From Clostridia bacterium (lineage in GTDB: Bacteria; Bacillota; Clostridia; Christensenellales; CAG-138), in the NCBI GenBank assembly GCA_045576895.1, contig JAZNHI010000155.1, forward strand, positions 1-46,025: 46,025 nucleotides of DNA, given 5' to 3'. Positions 1 through 8,920 of the stretch are shown here, piece after piece (position 1 is the first letter of the stretch; every line of letters starts with the position of its first letter). The position numbers and the translations under genes are program-made. The notes beneath the pieces were generated by a model. The model saw nothing but the letters and a program-made list of their open reading frames with translations, searched no databases and had not been told where the DNA came from.

Positions 1-855
1 TGTTTGCAGCAAGACTGGATCCGCCTGTGATATCCTTGATCTTTGCAAGCAGGAACGGCGTGGTTTCCTTTCCTTTGATTCCCTGCGCCTTCGCCTTTTC
101 GATTGCATCGTCGATCGCCTTATTGATGACGTCGGCGTCCATCGAATACGCCTCGGGAATCGGATTCACAACGAGCATACCGCCGGGATATCCGAGCTCC
201 TTCGATGCATTGATCGCACCGGCGATCTCCTTCGGATCGTCGCTGCGCCACGGCACGCCGATACCGCTTCTGCGCGTATAGAACGCTGGCAGCTCGTCCG
301 TGCCGAATCCAATCACGGGAACGCCCTTGGTCTCCAGATATTCCATGGTGAGGTTCAGGTCAAGGATGCTCTTGGCACCGGCGCATACCACACAAACCGG
401 CGTCTCCGCAAGCTCTTCCAGGTCTGCGGAGATGTCCATCGTCGTTCCCGCACCGCGATGCACCCCGCCGATTCCGCCGGTTGCAAATACGCGGATACCT
501 GCCGCCGCCGCTACGATCATGGTTGCGGCAACGGTCGTTGCGCCGTCCATTCCCTTGGCAATCAGCATCGGGAGATCCCTGCGGCTCGCTTTGGTTACGT
601 TGTGCCCTTCCCTGCCGAGAAAATCGATCTGCTCGTCCGTCAGCCCGGCGCAAAGTTTTCCGCCGATGACCGCGCAGGTTGCGGGAACTGCGCCGTTTTC
701 ACGACAAATGCGCTGACAGTTCAGCGCAGTTTCCACATTCTGCGGATAGGGCATGCCGTGAGAAATGATCGTGCTCTCCATTGCAACGATCGGAAGGCCT
801 TTTTGGATTGCTTCTTCCACTTCCGGAGATAAAACCACAAGTTGATTCTTTTTCA
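1..855 (-). CDS. psuG: pseudouridine-5'-phosphate glycosidase; the C-terminus runs off the window start
   Basis: My own translation of the minus strand from ATG (853-855) gives MKKNQLVVLSPEVEEAIQKGLPIVAMESTIISHGMPYPQN...FATGGIGGVHRGA...VCAGAKSILD. The frame stays open to position 1. It is absent from the ORF track because there is no stop in the window. Confidence 0.8.
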
Positions 856-913
856 TAGGGCTCCTTTTTTCATCATTTTATATATTTTTTCGGGTATCTT
901 CACATTTTCTGTC

Positions 914-941
914 TTGTATTATAACACAGATGTGATAAAAT
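914..941 (+). promoter_or_regulatory. sigma-A-type promoter candidate for malQ
   Basis: TTGTAT (914-919), 16-nt spacer, TAAAAT (936-941), with TG at 933-934 giving an extended -10. It lies in the AT-rich divergent intergenic region. Confidence 0.35.
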
Positions 942-982
942 AGATACACAAATTTATCGGATCAGAAAGAAGGGAAACAGAC

Positions 983-2449
983 ATGAAACGTGCTGCAGGA
1001 ATTCTGATGCACATCACCTCGCTGCCGAGCCGGTTCGGCGTCGGTACGCTTGGAAAAGAAGCGTATGCTTTCGTTGATTTTCTGAAAGCTTCCGGACAAA
1101 CCTATTGGCAGATGTTGCCCGTCAATCCGACAGGGTATGCGGATTCACCTTATCAAAGCAGTTCCACCTATGCGGGCAATCCGTACCTGGTTGATCTGAA
1201 CAAGCTGATCGAAGAAGGTCTCCTGACCGAAGAAGAATGCGATCTGGATTGGGGCAGCGATCCGACGCGTGTGGACTACGGCAAGCTTTGGGAGAATCGA
1301 TTCACCGTTCTGCGCAAAGCATTCTCCCGTTTTGACCGGTCGGAAATGGCGGACTTTGTTCGTCAGAACGCCTGGTGGCTCGATACATACGCATTATTCT
1401 GTGCCGTGAAGTCGCATTTCAACAATGCTGCATGGTATGCCTGGCCCGATCCCGATATCCGTGATCGCACCCTGGAAGCCATTGCAAAGTATACCGAGCT
1501 GCTGAAAGACGAAGTGGACTTTCAGTGCTTCATTCAATATGAATTTGACAAGCAATGGAAGCCGCTGCATGCCTATGCCGGCAAGAACGGGGTCAAGCTG
1601 ATCGGCGACATCCCGATCTATGTCCCGCATGACAGCGCAGACGTGTGGGCGGATCCGGATCTGTTCCTGATGGATGAACGGCACAATCCTTCGCTGGTTG
1701 CCGGTGTTCCGCCGGATTATTTCTCCGAGCTCGGTCAGCTTTGGGGCAACCCGATCTACGATTGGGCGAAGCATGAAGCCGATGGCTTCCAATGGTGGCG
1801 CCGCCGCGTGAAGGCAGTTGCCGATCGGTTTGACGTGATCCGCATCGACCATTTCCGCGGTCTGGAAAGCTACTGGGGCGTTCCCTTCGGTTCGGCGGAT
1901 GCGCGTCCCGGCGCATGGTATCCCGGTCCCGGCATGAAGCTGGTCCGCGCCATCAAGGACGCCTGTCCGAATCTGCCCGTTATCGCGGAAGATCTCGGCT
2001 ATCTCACGCCCGAAGTCAAGAAGCTGCTGTCCGATTCCGGTTTCCCGGGCATGCGCGTGATGCAGTTCGGCTTTGATCCGTGCGGAAACTCCAGAGAACT
2101 GCCGCACAACTACCCCGTGCACTGCATTGCCTATACCGGCACGCACGACAACACGCCGATCATGGGATGGGTCGAGACGGCGCCCGCCGAATGCGTTGCG
2201 TTTGCGGTGGACTATCTCGGTCTCAACGAACGCGAAGGCATGCCGTTTGGCTTTGCACGCGGCGTTCTGAACTCCGTCGCCGAGCTTGCGATTCTGCAGA
2301 TGCAGGACTATCTGGGATTGGGCGACGATTGCCGCATGAACAATCCGAGTTCGACCGGCTGCTGGACCTGGCGTTCCGAAAAGAAGGACTTTACGCCGGA
2401 ACTTGCCGCGCGCATCCTGTATTACGCACGCATGTCCGCACGAATCTGA
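983..2449 (+). CDS. malQ: 4-alpha-glucanotransferase (amylomaltase)
   Basis: 488-aa ORF. The N-terminus GILMHITSLPSRFGVGTLGKEAYAFVDFL..YWQMLPVNP and the segment DVIRIDHFRG are typical of GH77 MalQ. Confidence 0.9.
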   Translation: MKRAAGILMHITSLPSRFGVGTLGKEAYAFVDFLKASGQTYWQMLPVNPTGYADSPYQSSSTYAGNPYLVDLNKLIEEGLLTEEECDLDWGSDPTRVDYGKLWENRFTVLRKAFSRFDRSEMADFVRQNAWWLDTYALFCAVKSHFNNAAWYAWPDPDIRDRTLEAIAKYTELLKDEVDFQCFIQYEFDKQWKPLHAYAGKNGVKLIGDIPIYVPHDSADVWADPDLFLMDERHNPSLVAGVPPDYFSELGQLWGNPIYDWAKHEADGFQWWRRRVKAVADRFDVIRIDHFRGLESYWGVPFGSADARPGAWYPGPGMKLVRAIKDACPNLPVIAEDLGYLTPEVKKLLSDSGFPGMRVMQFGFDPCGNSRELPHNYPVHCIAYTGTHDNTPIMGWVETAPAECVAFAVDYLGLNEREGMPFGFARGVLNSVAELAILQMQDYLGLGDDCRMNNPSSTGCWTWRSEKKDFTPELAARILYYARMSARI

Positions 2450-2463
2450 ACCGTATACGAATA

Positions 2464-2492
2464 AACCGGGTCTCTTCGGAGATCCGGTTTTT
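2464..2492. terminator. rho-independent terminator between convergent malQ and the membrane-protein gene
   Basis: Hairpin AACCGGgtCTCttcgGAGatCCGGTT followed by TTTTT on the plus strand. Confidence 0.6.
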
Positions 2493-2494
2493 GC

Positions 2495-2893
2495 TTATTC
2501 CGCTTTTCGTTTGAGAAAGACGGCGCCTGCGGCGCAGCCGATCGCAAAACACAGCAGCAGATCGGCAAGCATACTCCATGTCGGTTTGAATGTGCCGAGA
2601 TAGACGCTCATCAATGCAATCGACAGAAGGAGCGAGATATCTGCCGCAATCCCGCCGAACGGCCACGGCGCTTTCTCCTTCCCCATGCCTACGACAATGC
2701 CCGCGGCGATCGCGGTGAGGATCTTGATTACGGTATTGCCGATCGGGATCGAAGATTCGGACAGCCATCCGAGATAGATTAGCAGCGTCAGGATCAGAAC
2801 CGACAGAATCAGAACCGCCGCTCCCGCAGCAACGCCGCGAACCAGCGTGCGCCACGCGGGCTGCGTCCGCTTTTTGTGCTTAAACGAAGTCAA
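2495..2893 (-). CDS. small multi-TM membrane protein, YrzE/TIGR04086-like
   Basis: The ORF at 2495..2902 has 3-4 hydrophobic helices. An AAGGAGG RBS favours the TTG start at 2893. A yajC-proximal position is also where yrzE sits in B. subtilis. Confidence 0.55.
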   Translation of the reverse strand: MTSFKHKKRTQPAWRTLVRGVAAGAAVLILSVLILTLLIYLGWLSESSIPIGNTVIKILTAIAAGIVVGMGKEKAPWPFGGIAADISLLLSIALMSVYLGTFKPTWSMLADLLLCFAIGCAAGAVFLKRKAE

Positions 2894-2955
2894 GGTCTGC
2901 ACCTCCTTTGCTGCATCCTATGCTGCAAAGGGGTGACAAATACCGAAAAAGAAGC

Positions 2956-5019
2956 TTACGGCAAAAGTCCGTCCCGCTCCATCTGAACGACCGCATCGTA
3001 ATCAAACGTTTTCTTTGCCATCGGCGGGTACTTCTTTTGGTTGAAGTTCCAATACCCGTTATAGTAGCTGCATTTCTCCTTTGTCCACATGAAGCATTCG
3101 ACACGATGCCTTGGGGTTCTGGTCGGATCAAGGCAGTACCAGCCTGTTCCGAGATTCACGATCACCCAATAATGACGGGTACGCCACGAGCCCGTTTTGA
3201 GTCGCTCAACGGAAAGATACTGAATGTCCGTTTCGTCCAAAAGTGCACGCGTCAGCGCATAGATGTTGTAGCAGTCCCCCGTTCCCCGCTTATAGCCGTC
3301 ATATGCCGCTTTTCGCCAGTCCGTATAATTCTTATTCGAGCCGTTCGTATAGACGATACGTCCCTGCACATAGTCGAAAATCGCCCGAAGCTTTTCGGCA
3401 TTGACCATATCGGGCGTCGTGATCTCGTCCATGATCTGCTGCATCACGTCATGCAGCTCCCCCTCCGTGATCGTACGTTTGATCAGCTTATACTTGCAGA
3501 CCGCCTTTGTCTTGTTTCCGCTCAGATCCTGCGCGTAAAACACAACGCGATAGGTTCCCGCCTTCTGCGCGTCAACACTTGAATCGACCGTAATCTCCAC
3601 CGGACCGTCTTCGTCATCCACGGCAAAGACGTCGGTCAAGTATGCAATCGGCTCGCCGACATAACAGATCCGATCGATCGCGCCGTAGATATGCGGCGCT
3701 TTGCTGTCCTTATGCAGATATACGGTACGTGAAGCAACCGTTTCGTTTCCGGCGGCGTCCCTTGCAAGGACCGTCAGTTCATACCGTCCCGCCTTCTCGC
3801 GGTCCGGTTCCCGAACGAATGTCATGGTAACCGGAGAATAATCCTCCGCTTCAAAGAAATCCTCCGGATGATACTCGTGTCTGGTATACAGCGTTATATG
3901 CTCCAACGATTTTTCGTGAAGCACGGGAGGCGTTGTGTCCGTCACCGTAACCGCCATAGTCTCCGGAACGCCGTTGATCGTGACTGTCACAGCGTAGGTT
4001 CCGGGCGTATCCGGTACAAACGGTTCGATCTCAACGGATTGCCCTTCGAGATTATCAAAATCGTCCGACGTCAGCGCCGTGCTTCGTGCTTCAACAAGCT
4101 TGGGCTTTATTCCGGAAATCAGCAGCTCGCTTTCCACTTCGCAATAGTTGCCGCCTTCATCCGTCGCCCGAACGACAACGGTCTGCAGATCGCGCGACGC
4201 ATAGTCCGGTTCCGTAATAAAGGAACAAGTCAGATCCGTTTCATCCGATGCTTCGACGACAAAATCCGAAGGCTCCGCCGTTTCGCCGGGCGTTCGATGC
4301 AGCAGCGTGGATTTCGCCTGCGGCGCAACCGTGTCGACGACGATCAGCTCCGTCTGCGAATGCACGCCTTCCGCGGTTCTGAACTCGATCGGATAGGAAC
4401 CCACATGATGCATCACGGAAGGATCAAGCGTCGTGACCGGCTCCGCTTCCACTCCCGGAAGCACAAATTCCTTTGCCGAAGGCAGTTCGGACCCTGCTTC
4501 CAGCGTAATCGACTCAACCGTTGCGCGGACCGATACCGGAACGGAGACCGTGTTGCGATTGCCGGACGTATCCTCAAGAACGATACAGACCGTGTCATTC
4601 CATTCCGAATCGAAATCCGGTACGGTTTCGAACGAGACGCGAACGCGGTCGGCATCCTTGATATGTGCAACAAGCGCGTCCGGACGCAGCTTCTTTCCGA
4701 GCGGTACCGTCTGCGGAACCGGATCGGCAGTCGGCGCCGCCGTATCGACAACGCGGATCAGAACCGGCGTCGGAACGCCTCCGATCCGCAGAATTTTCAA
4801 ATGCCAACCGCATGAAAAGGATTCCTTCTCCGCATCGAACGTCGCTTCACGCGCGGTGAAATCCGTCGCGCCGATCTTCGTTCCGAGCTCTGCAGTCACG
4901 ATCATTCGTACGCCACGGTAATGGATCAGAATCGCAATCACGGCAGCAGCAAGAACACCGCACGTCCAAAGGAGTGCGATGTGCTTTCGATTGCGTTGTG
5001 TTTTCGGTTTCGCTTCCAT
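2956..5019 (-). CDS. membrane-anchored transglutaminase-like protein with repeated Ig-like modules
   Basis: 687 aa. There is an N-terminal TM helix (IALLWTCGVLAAAVIAILI), then at least four ~80-aa beta-rich repeats (e.g. ...RATDEGGNYCEVESELLI, ...ARDAAGNETVASRTVYL, ...AQDLSGNKTKAVCKYKL). The C-terminal Cys-protease-like core reads GTGDCYNIYALTRALL...HYWVIVNLGTGWYCLDPT. Confidence 0.65.
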   Translation of the reverse strand: MEAKPKTQRNRKHIALLWTCGVLAAAVIAILIHYRGVRMIVTAELGTKIGATDFTAREATFDAEKESFSCGWHLKILRIGGVPTPVLIRVVDTAAPTADPVPQTVPLGKKLRPDALVAHIKDADRVRVSFETVPDFDSEWNDTVCIVLEDTSGNRNTVSVPVSVRATVESITLEAGSELPSAKEFVLPGVEAEPVTTLDPSVMHHVGSYPIEFRTAEGVHSQTELIVVDTVAPQAKSTLLHRTPGETAEPSDFVVEASDETDLTCSFITEPDYASRDLQTVVVRATDEGGNYCEVESELLISGIKPKLVEARSTALTSDDFDNLEGQSVEIEPFVPDTPGTYAVTVTINGVPETMAVTVTDTTPPVLHEKSLEHITLYTRHEYHPEDFFEAEDYSPVTMTFVREPDREKAGRYELTVLARDAAGNETVASRTVYLHKDSKAPHIYGAIDRICYVGEPIAYLTDVFAVDDEDGPVEITVDSSVDAQKAGTYRVVFYAQDLSGNKTKAVCKYKLIKRTITEGELHDVMQQIMDEITTPDMVNAEKLRAIFDYVQGRIVYTNGSNKNYTDWRKAAYDGYKRGTGDCYNIYALTRALLDETDIQYLSVERLKTGSWRTRHYWVIVNLGTGWYCLDPTRTPRHRVECFMWTKEKCSYYNGYWNFNQKKYPPMAKKTFDYDAVVQMERDGLLP

Positions 5020-5049
5020 TCGATTCTGTTAATCCGAATTAACCGCCGT

Positions 5050-5075
5050 AAAAAAAGCCCGGAACGGATCCGGGC
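5050..5075 (-). terminator. rho-independent terminator after yajC
   Basis: On the minus strand: GCCCGGA-tccgt-TCCGGGC followed by TTTTTTT. Confidence 0.7.
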
Positions 5076-5091
5076 TTTGATGAAACGCTGA

Positions 5092-5481
5092 TCAGCCTTT
5101 TACTTCTTCGGTCATGGTGTTCTCAACGCCCGCATCCTCTACCTGAGAGATTGCGCCTCTCGCGAAAACGAGCTTGACCTTGTCGGGTCCGACGGAAAGA
5201 ACGATAACGTCGTCCTTGATCGAAGAGATCGTTCCATAGATACCGCCGATGGTGCGAACTCGGTCGCCCTGCTTCAAAGAACCGAGCATGTCCTTGACCT
5301 GTTTGTCGCGTCGACGCTGCGGTACGACCATAACGACAAGCAGTACGACGATCATCGCAAGCGGAAGGATCATCATCGTGAGATTGCTGCCGCCGCAGCC
5401 GCCGGCAGACGCATCTGCGGCTCCGCTGAGGCAGGAAGTATCGGCTCCGTTATATACGGACTGTATGAAATTCAAAAGCAT
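5092..5481 (-). CDS. yajC: preprotein translocase subunit YajC
   Basis: The motif PQRRRDKQVKDMLGSLKQGDRVRTIGGIYGTI is characteristic of YajC, and a single TM helix precedes it. Confidence 0.85.
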   Translation of the reverse strand: MLLNFIQSVYNGADTSCLSGAADASAGGCGGSNLTMMILPLAMIVVLLVVMVVPQRRRDKQVKDMLGSLKQGDRVRTIGGIYGTISSIKDDVIVLSVGPDKVKLVFARGAISQVEDAGVENTMTEEVKG

Positions 5482-5511
5482 AGTTCCTATTCCTTTCCTG
5501 TATCTTTCGAT

Positions 5512-5540
5512 ATTATACGAAAAAACACGGTTTACGTCAA
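5512..5540 (-). promoter_or_regulatory. sigma-A promoter for yajC
   Basis: On the minus strand: TTGACG (5535-5540), 17-nt spacer, TATAAT (5512-5517), about 30 nt upstream of the yajC ATG. Confidence 0.55.
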
Positions 5541-5574
5541 TACTCGATTGTGAAATCTTTGAAACAAGACACGC

Positions 5575-6399
5575 TCAGAAGACTTCGCGCAGGATCAGAT
5601 CGACCAGCGCGGTAAACCGTACCGTTGCCTTTGCGGCAGTTTCGGTGACTTCGGCATGGGAAAGCGGCTGATCGAGCACGCCTGCCGCCATGTTGGTGAT
5701 CAGGCTGACGCCGAGAACCTTCATGCCGCAATGCGCTGCGCACATGGTTTCGGGGATCGTCGACATACCGACCGCATCCGCGCCGATGATGCGCGCCATA
5801 CGGATCTCCGCCGGCGTCTCATAGCACGGTCCGGACATCATCAGATAGACGCCCTCCTGCATCGGAATCCCGTGACGAACGGAAAGATCGATCATCTTTG
5901 CGCGAAGGTCCTTGTCATAGACGTTGCTCTGATCCGGAAAACGCGGTCCGAATTCATCGAGATTCTTTCCGATCAGCGGATTGCTGCCGGACAGGTTGAT
6001 GTGATCGGTGATCAGCATCAGATCTCCCGCATGGAAGTTCATGTTCACGCCGCCCGCCGCGTTGGTGACCAGCAGCTTTTCGACGCCGAGCTTTTTCATC
6101 GTACGGACGCCGAGCGAAAGCATTGCCTGCGGATACCCCTCATAGTAGTGGAATCGGCCCTGCATGGCAATGATCGTCTTGCCGTACTTCTCGCCGATCA
6201 CAAAGCGATTCTTGTGCCCGATCACGCCGGAAACCGGATAGCCTTCGATGTCCGCATAGTTGACAAAGCGCTTGTTTTCCAGTGTTTCCGCATAATCGCC
6301 CAGACCGCTGCCGAGAATGAGGCCGATCGTCGCTTTGTCCGCGCCCTGTTCCTTCAGAAGCGCAGCGGCATTGTTGATGATGTTCATGATGTTTTCCAT
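5575..6399 (-). CDS. punA: purine nucleoside phosphorylase (trimeric PNP type)
   Basis: 274 aa with GLILGSGLG, RFHYYEGY, VTNAAGG and MSTIPE motifs. It lies next to deoB. Confidence 0.88.
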   Translation of the reverse strand: MENIMNIINNAAALLKEQGADKATIGLILGSGLGDYAETLENKRFVNYADIEGYPVSGVIGHKNRFVIGEKYGKTIIAMQGRFHYYEGYPQAMLSLGVRTMKKLGVEKLLVTNAAGGVNMNFHAGDLMLITDHINLSGSNPLIGKNLDEFGPRFPDQSNVYDKDLRAKMIDLSVRHGIPMQEGVYLMMSGPCYETPAEIRMARIIGADAVGMSTIPETMCAAHCGMKVLGVSLITNMAAGVLDQPLSHAEVTETAAKATVRFTALVDLILREVF

Positions 6400-6402
6400 T
6401 GT

Positions 6403-7578
6403 TCAATCCTCCCAGATATCCTTTAAGAATGATTCGCCTTCCCGCCACTGTTCGCCCGTCAGGTACTCATAGATCGTTGCGCCGATGTCGGAAAACTGTC
6501 TGCGAACGCCGAGGTTGACGCCGTGCTTCACATGCTGTCCGCAGATCAGAAGCGGAATATACTCGCGTGTGTGATCCGTTCCCGGGAAGGTCGGATCGCA
6601 GCCGTGGTCCGCCGTGACCATCAGGATGTCTCCCTCGCGCATGGCAAGATACATCTCGGGAAGATGCGCGTCAAAATACTCCAGCGCTTTTGCGTATCCT
6701 TCCCAATCGTTCCTGTGCCCGTAGAGCATATCCGTATCGACAAGGTTTGTGAAAATGAAGTCTCCCATTCCCGCATTCAAAAAGCGCTGTGTGGCGCGGA
6801 TGCCGTCCGGATTGTTCTTTGTATGATCGACGGTCGTGATGCCTCTGTGACAGAAGATATCTTCGATCTTTCCGATGCCGACGACGTCCTTTCCCTTCTC
6901 GGCAAGCGCATCGAGGATCGTGTCCTTAAACGGCGCAACGGCATAGTCCTTGCGATTTTCGGTACGCTTATATGCACCGTTTCCGCCGAGGAACGGACGC
7001 GCGATCACGCGACCGACAAGATATTCGCCGGTCAGCATCTCACGCGCAATCTCGCAGATGCGATAGAGCTCCGGAAGCGGAATGACCTCTTCGTGCGCCG
7101 CGATCTGGAATACGCTGTCAGCGCTCGTATAGATGATCGGTTTGCCCGTGCGGACATGCTCGTCGCCGAGCTCCTGAATGATCTGCGTACCGCTTGCAAC
7201 CACGTTGCCGAGCGTTCCGCGCCCGATGCGCTTTTCGAACGCATCCATGAATTCCTGCGGGAATCCGTTCGGATACGTTTTGAATGCTTCATCCAGCGCA
7301 AGCCCCGCCATCTCCCAATGTCCGCAGGTCGTGTCCTTTGCGTGCGTCTGCTCCGCGCATTTGCAGTAGCTTCCGATCAGCTCCTCATCCCCCTTCGGAA
7401 GCTTGCAGCCGTCGATATGCGCCAGGCCCAGCCTGCGCATGTTCGGTACGTCGAGGCGTCCCCGCTTTTCAAAGATGTTGCAGATGGTGTTTGCACCGAC
7501 GTCGCCGAAATCCGCGGCATCGGGCAGCGCGCCGATCCCGGCGCTGTCAAGAACGATCAGAAATGCCCTTTTTTTCAT
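6403..7578 (-). CDS. deoB: phosphopentomutase
   Basis: 391 aa, beginning KRAFLIVLDSAGIG and containing ADHGCDPT, typical of DeoB. Confidence 0.9.
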   Translation of the reverse strand: MKKRAFLIVLDSAGIGALPDAADFGDVGANTICNIFEKRGRLDVPNMRRLGLAHIDGCKLPKGDEELIGSYCKCAEQTHAKDTTCGHWEMAGLALDEAFKTYPNGFPQEFMDAFEKRIGRGTLGNVVASGTQIIQELGDEHVRTGKPIIYTSADSVFQIAAHEEVIPLPELYRICEIAREMLTGEYLVGRVIARPFLGGNGAYKRTENRKDYAVAPFKDTILDALAEKGKDVVGIGKIEDIFCHRGITTVDHTKNNPDGIRATQRFLNAGMGDFIFTNLVDTDMLYGHRNDWEGYAKALEYFDAHLPEMYLAMREGDILMVTADHGCDPTFPGTDHTREYIPLLICGQHVKHGVNLGVRRQFSDIGATIYEYLTGEQWREGESFLKDIWED

Positions 7579-7614
7579 ATGAATACCTCTATGTTCTAAT
7601 TTTATATGATTTTA

Positions 7615-8121
7615 TCATATCGAAGGGTGTTTCGTCAATCCGTTTAGCCAAGGATGCCGTTTTCCGATCTCCGACATCACGTTTCTGCAATGCTCTTCCC
7701 ACAAAGGATCTCCGATGATCAGACGCACCCGTTCCGCGATCAGATACACAAATTCAAGGTTCGAAGGCGGATCCTTGCGGTTTTTGCCCCGCAGTCCGAG
7801 ATACGAGTACAGCACATCCGGATCCGCACGTTCCCATGCGCGTTCGATCGCATAATGCATCGTTCGCATGATCATCGGCTTCGTCGTGTTCATGCAGTGT
7901 TCGATGTACGGATACAGCTCCTTCTTCGTGGTCGAACGCAGCTTCGGCGGTCTTGTGCGGATGAATCGCACCGCAAGGAAGATGTACCGATATCCGAGCA
8001 GCTTTGCCGGAACGCAAAGCGCGCGCATGACCGCATTGATCGTTGCGTTCAGCAGAACGTCCGGATCGCTGTAAACCGAGCGCAGTTCATTCTCCATCCG
8101 TTCCATCTCTTCCATTGTCAT
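7615..8121 (-). CDS. stand-alone Spo0A C-terminal (DNA-binding) domain protein with no receiver domain
   Basis: 168 aa. VPAKLLGYRYIFLAV...TKPMIMRTMHYAIERAW...PPSNLEFVYLIAERVRL aligns by eye with the B. subtilis Spo0A C-domain (VPAHIKGYLYLREAI...ASRVERAIRHAIEVAW...KPTNSEFIAMVADKLRL). The ATG at 8119-8121 overlaps the upstream stop (ATGA). Confidence 0.7.
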   Translation of the reverse strand: MTMEEMERMENELRSVYSDPDVLLNATINAVMRALCVPAKLLGYRYIFLAVRFIRTRPPKLRSTTKKELYPYIEHCMNTTKPMIMRTMHYAIERAWERADPDVLYSYLGLRGKNRKDPPSNLEFVYLIAERVRLIIGDPLWEEHCRNVMSEIGKRHPWLNGLTKHPSI

Positions 8122-8831
8122 AACAGAGTCCCCCTTTTTTGATCGAGTCCGATGCAGTCAGCCGCGCGAAACAGAAAGGCCGCGTTGGACGGTGCGGCGC
8201 GTTCCGATTGGACCGTTTCTCCGAACAGCTTGTCAAGCGTATCCGGATCCGCAAGCAGCCAGGCGGTATCGATGGCGTGACGCACCGCGTGCTCCGCAGC
8301 AGATGTGCTTACACACATTTCAGCCGCAAGGATTTCGTACAGATCGTTTACCGAACGAACATTTGTCGCCTGCTTCTGTGTCAGGATCAGGCGTATCGCT
8401 TCCTTCATATAATCGAAACCGCTCAGCGAAACGGGAAATCCGGTCTGCTGCAAAAAGCGTGAGATCCTGCATTCCGTATCGTTTCTGCGCGTTTGTCCGC
8501 CGGGAAACGATGCGATCATATCCAGAATCCGTTTCGGGTCCTCAGTACCTGAAAAACAGTATGTAACCTCCTCCGGGATCAGAAACGGCTTGTCCGATTC
8601 CCGCAGCAGCAGATAAAACTGATTCGGCCAGAGCACGGGACACCTCCGGATCCGCGGATGCGACGCATACGGATCATCCGAGATCAGTGCGTCGAACGGT
8701 TCCCGGAACAGCCGTTCCAGCACCTGCGGGATCGTTCTTTCCGTGCAGAGACGGATCCGCTCCGTGCCGATCGACGCTTCACGAAATCGTTGCGCCGTTT
8801 CGCTTTCATTTGTCAGTAGCATCACTTTCAT
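8118..8831 (-). CDS. Spo0A-like protein at the syntenic spo0A position: divergent (pseudo-)receiver plus Spo0A_C domain
   Basis: I trimmed the track ORF 8118..8969 to the ATG at 8829-8831, which is preceded by GAAGGAGGAAG. The C-terminal half carries SAAEHAVRHAIDTAW and PSNAAFLF. The N-terminal half is REC-like in beta/alpha pattern but starts MKVMLLTNESE. The gene lies directly downstream of spoIVB. Confidence 0.65.
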   Translation of the reverse strand: MKVMLLTNESETAQRFREASIGTERIRLCTERTIPQVLERLFREPFDALISDDPYASHPRIRRCPVLWPNQFYLLLRESDKPFLIPEEVTYCFSGTEDPKRILDMIASFPGGQTRRNDTECRISRFLQQTGFPVSLSGFDYMKEAIRLILTQKQATNVRSVNDLYEILAAEMCVSTSAAEHAVRHAIDTAWLLADPDTLDKLFGETVQSERAAPSNAAFLFRAADCIGLDQKRGTLL

Positions 8832-8920
8832 CGGTCTTCTTCCTCCTTCTTCATTCTGGCGGAGAAACCGACGAAAATCTACAGATAAAATGTGTCCAAA
8901 CGCGGTAATTCTGTAAACAA

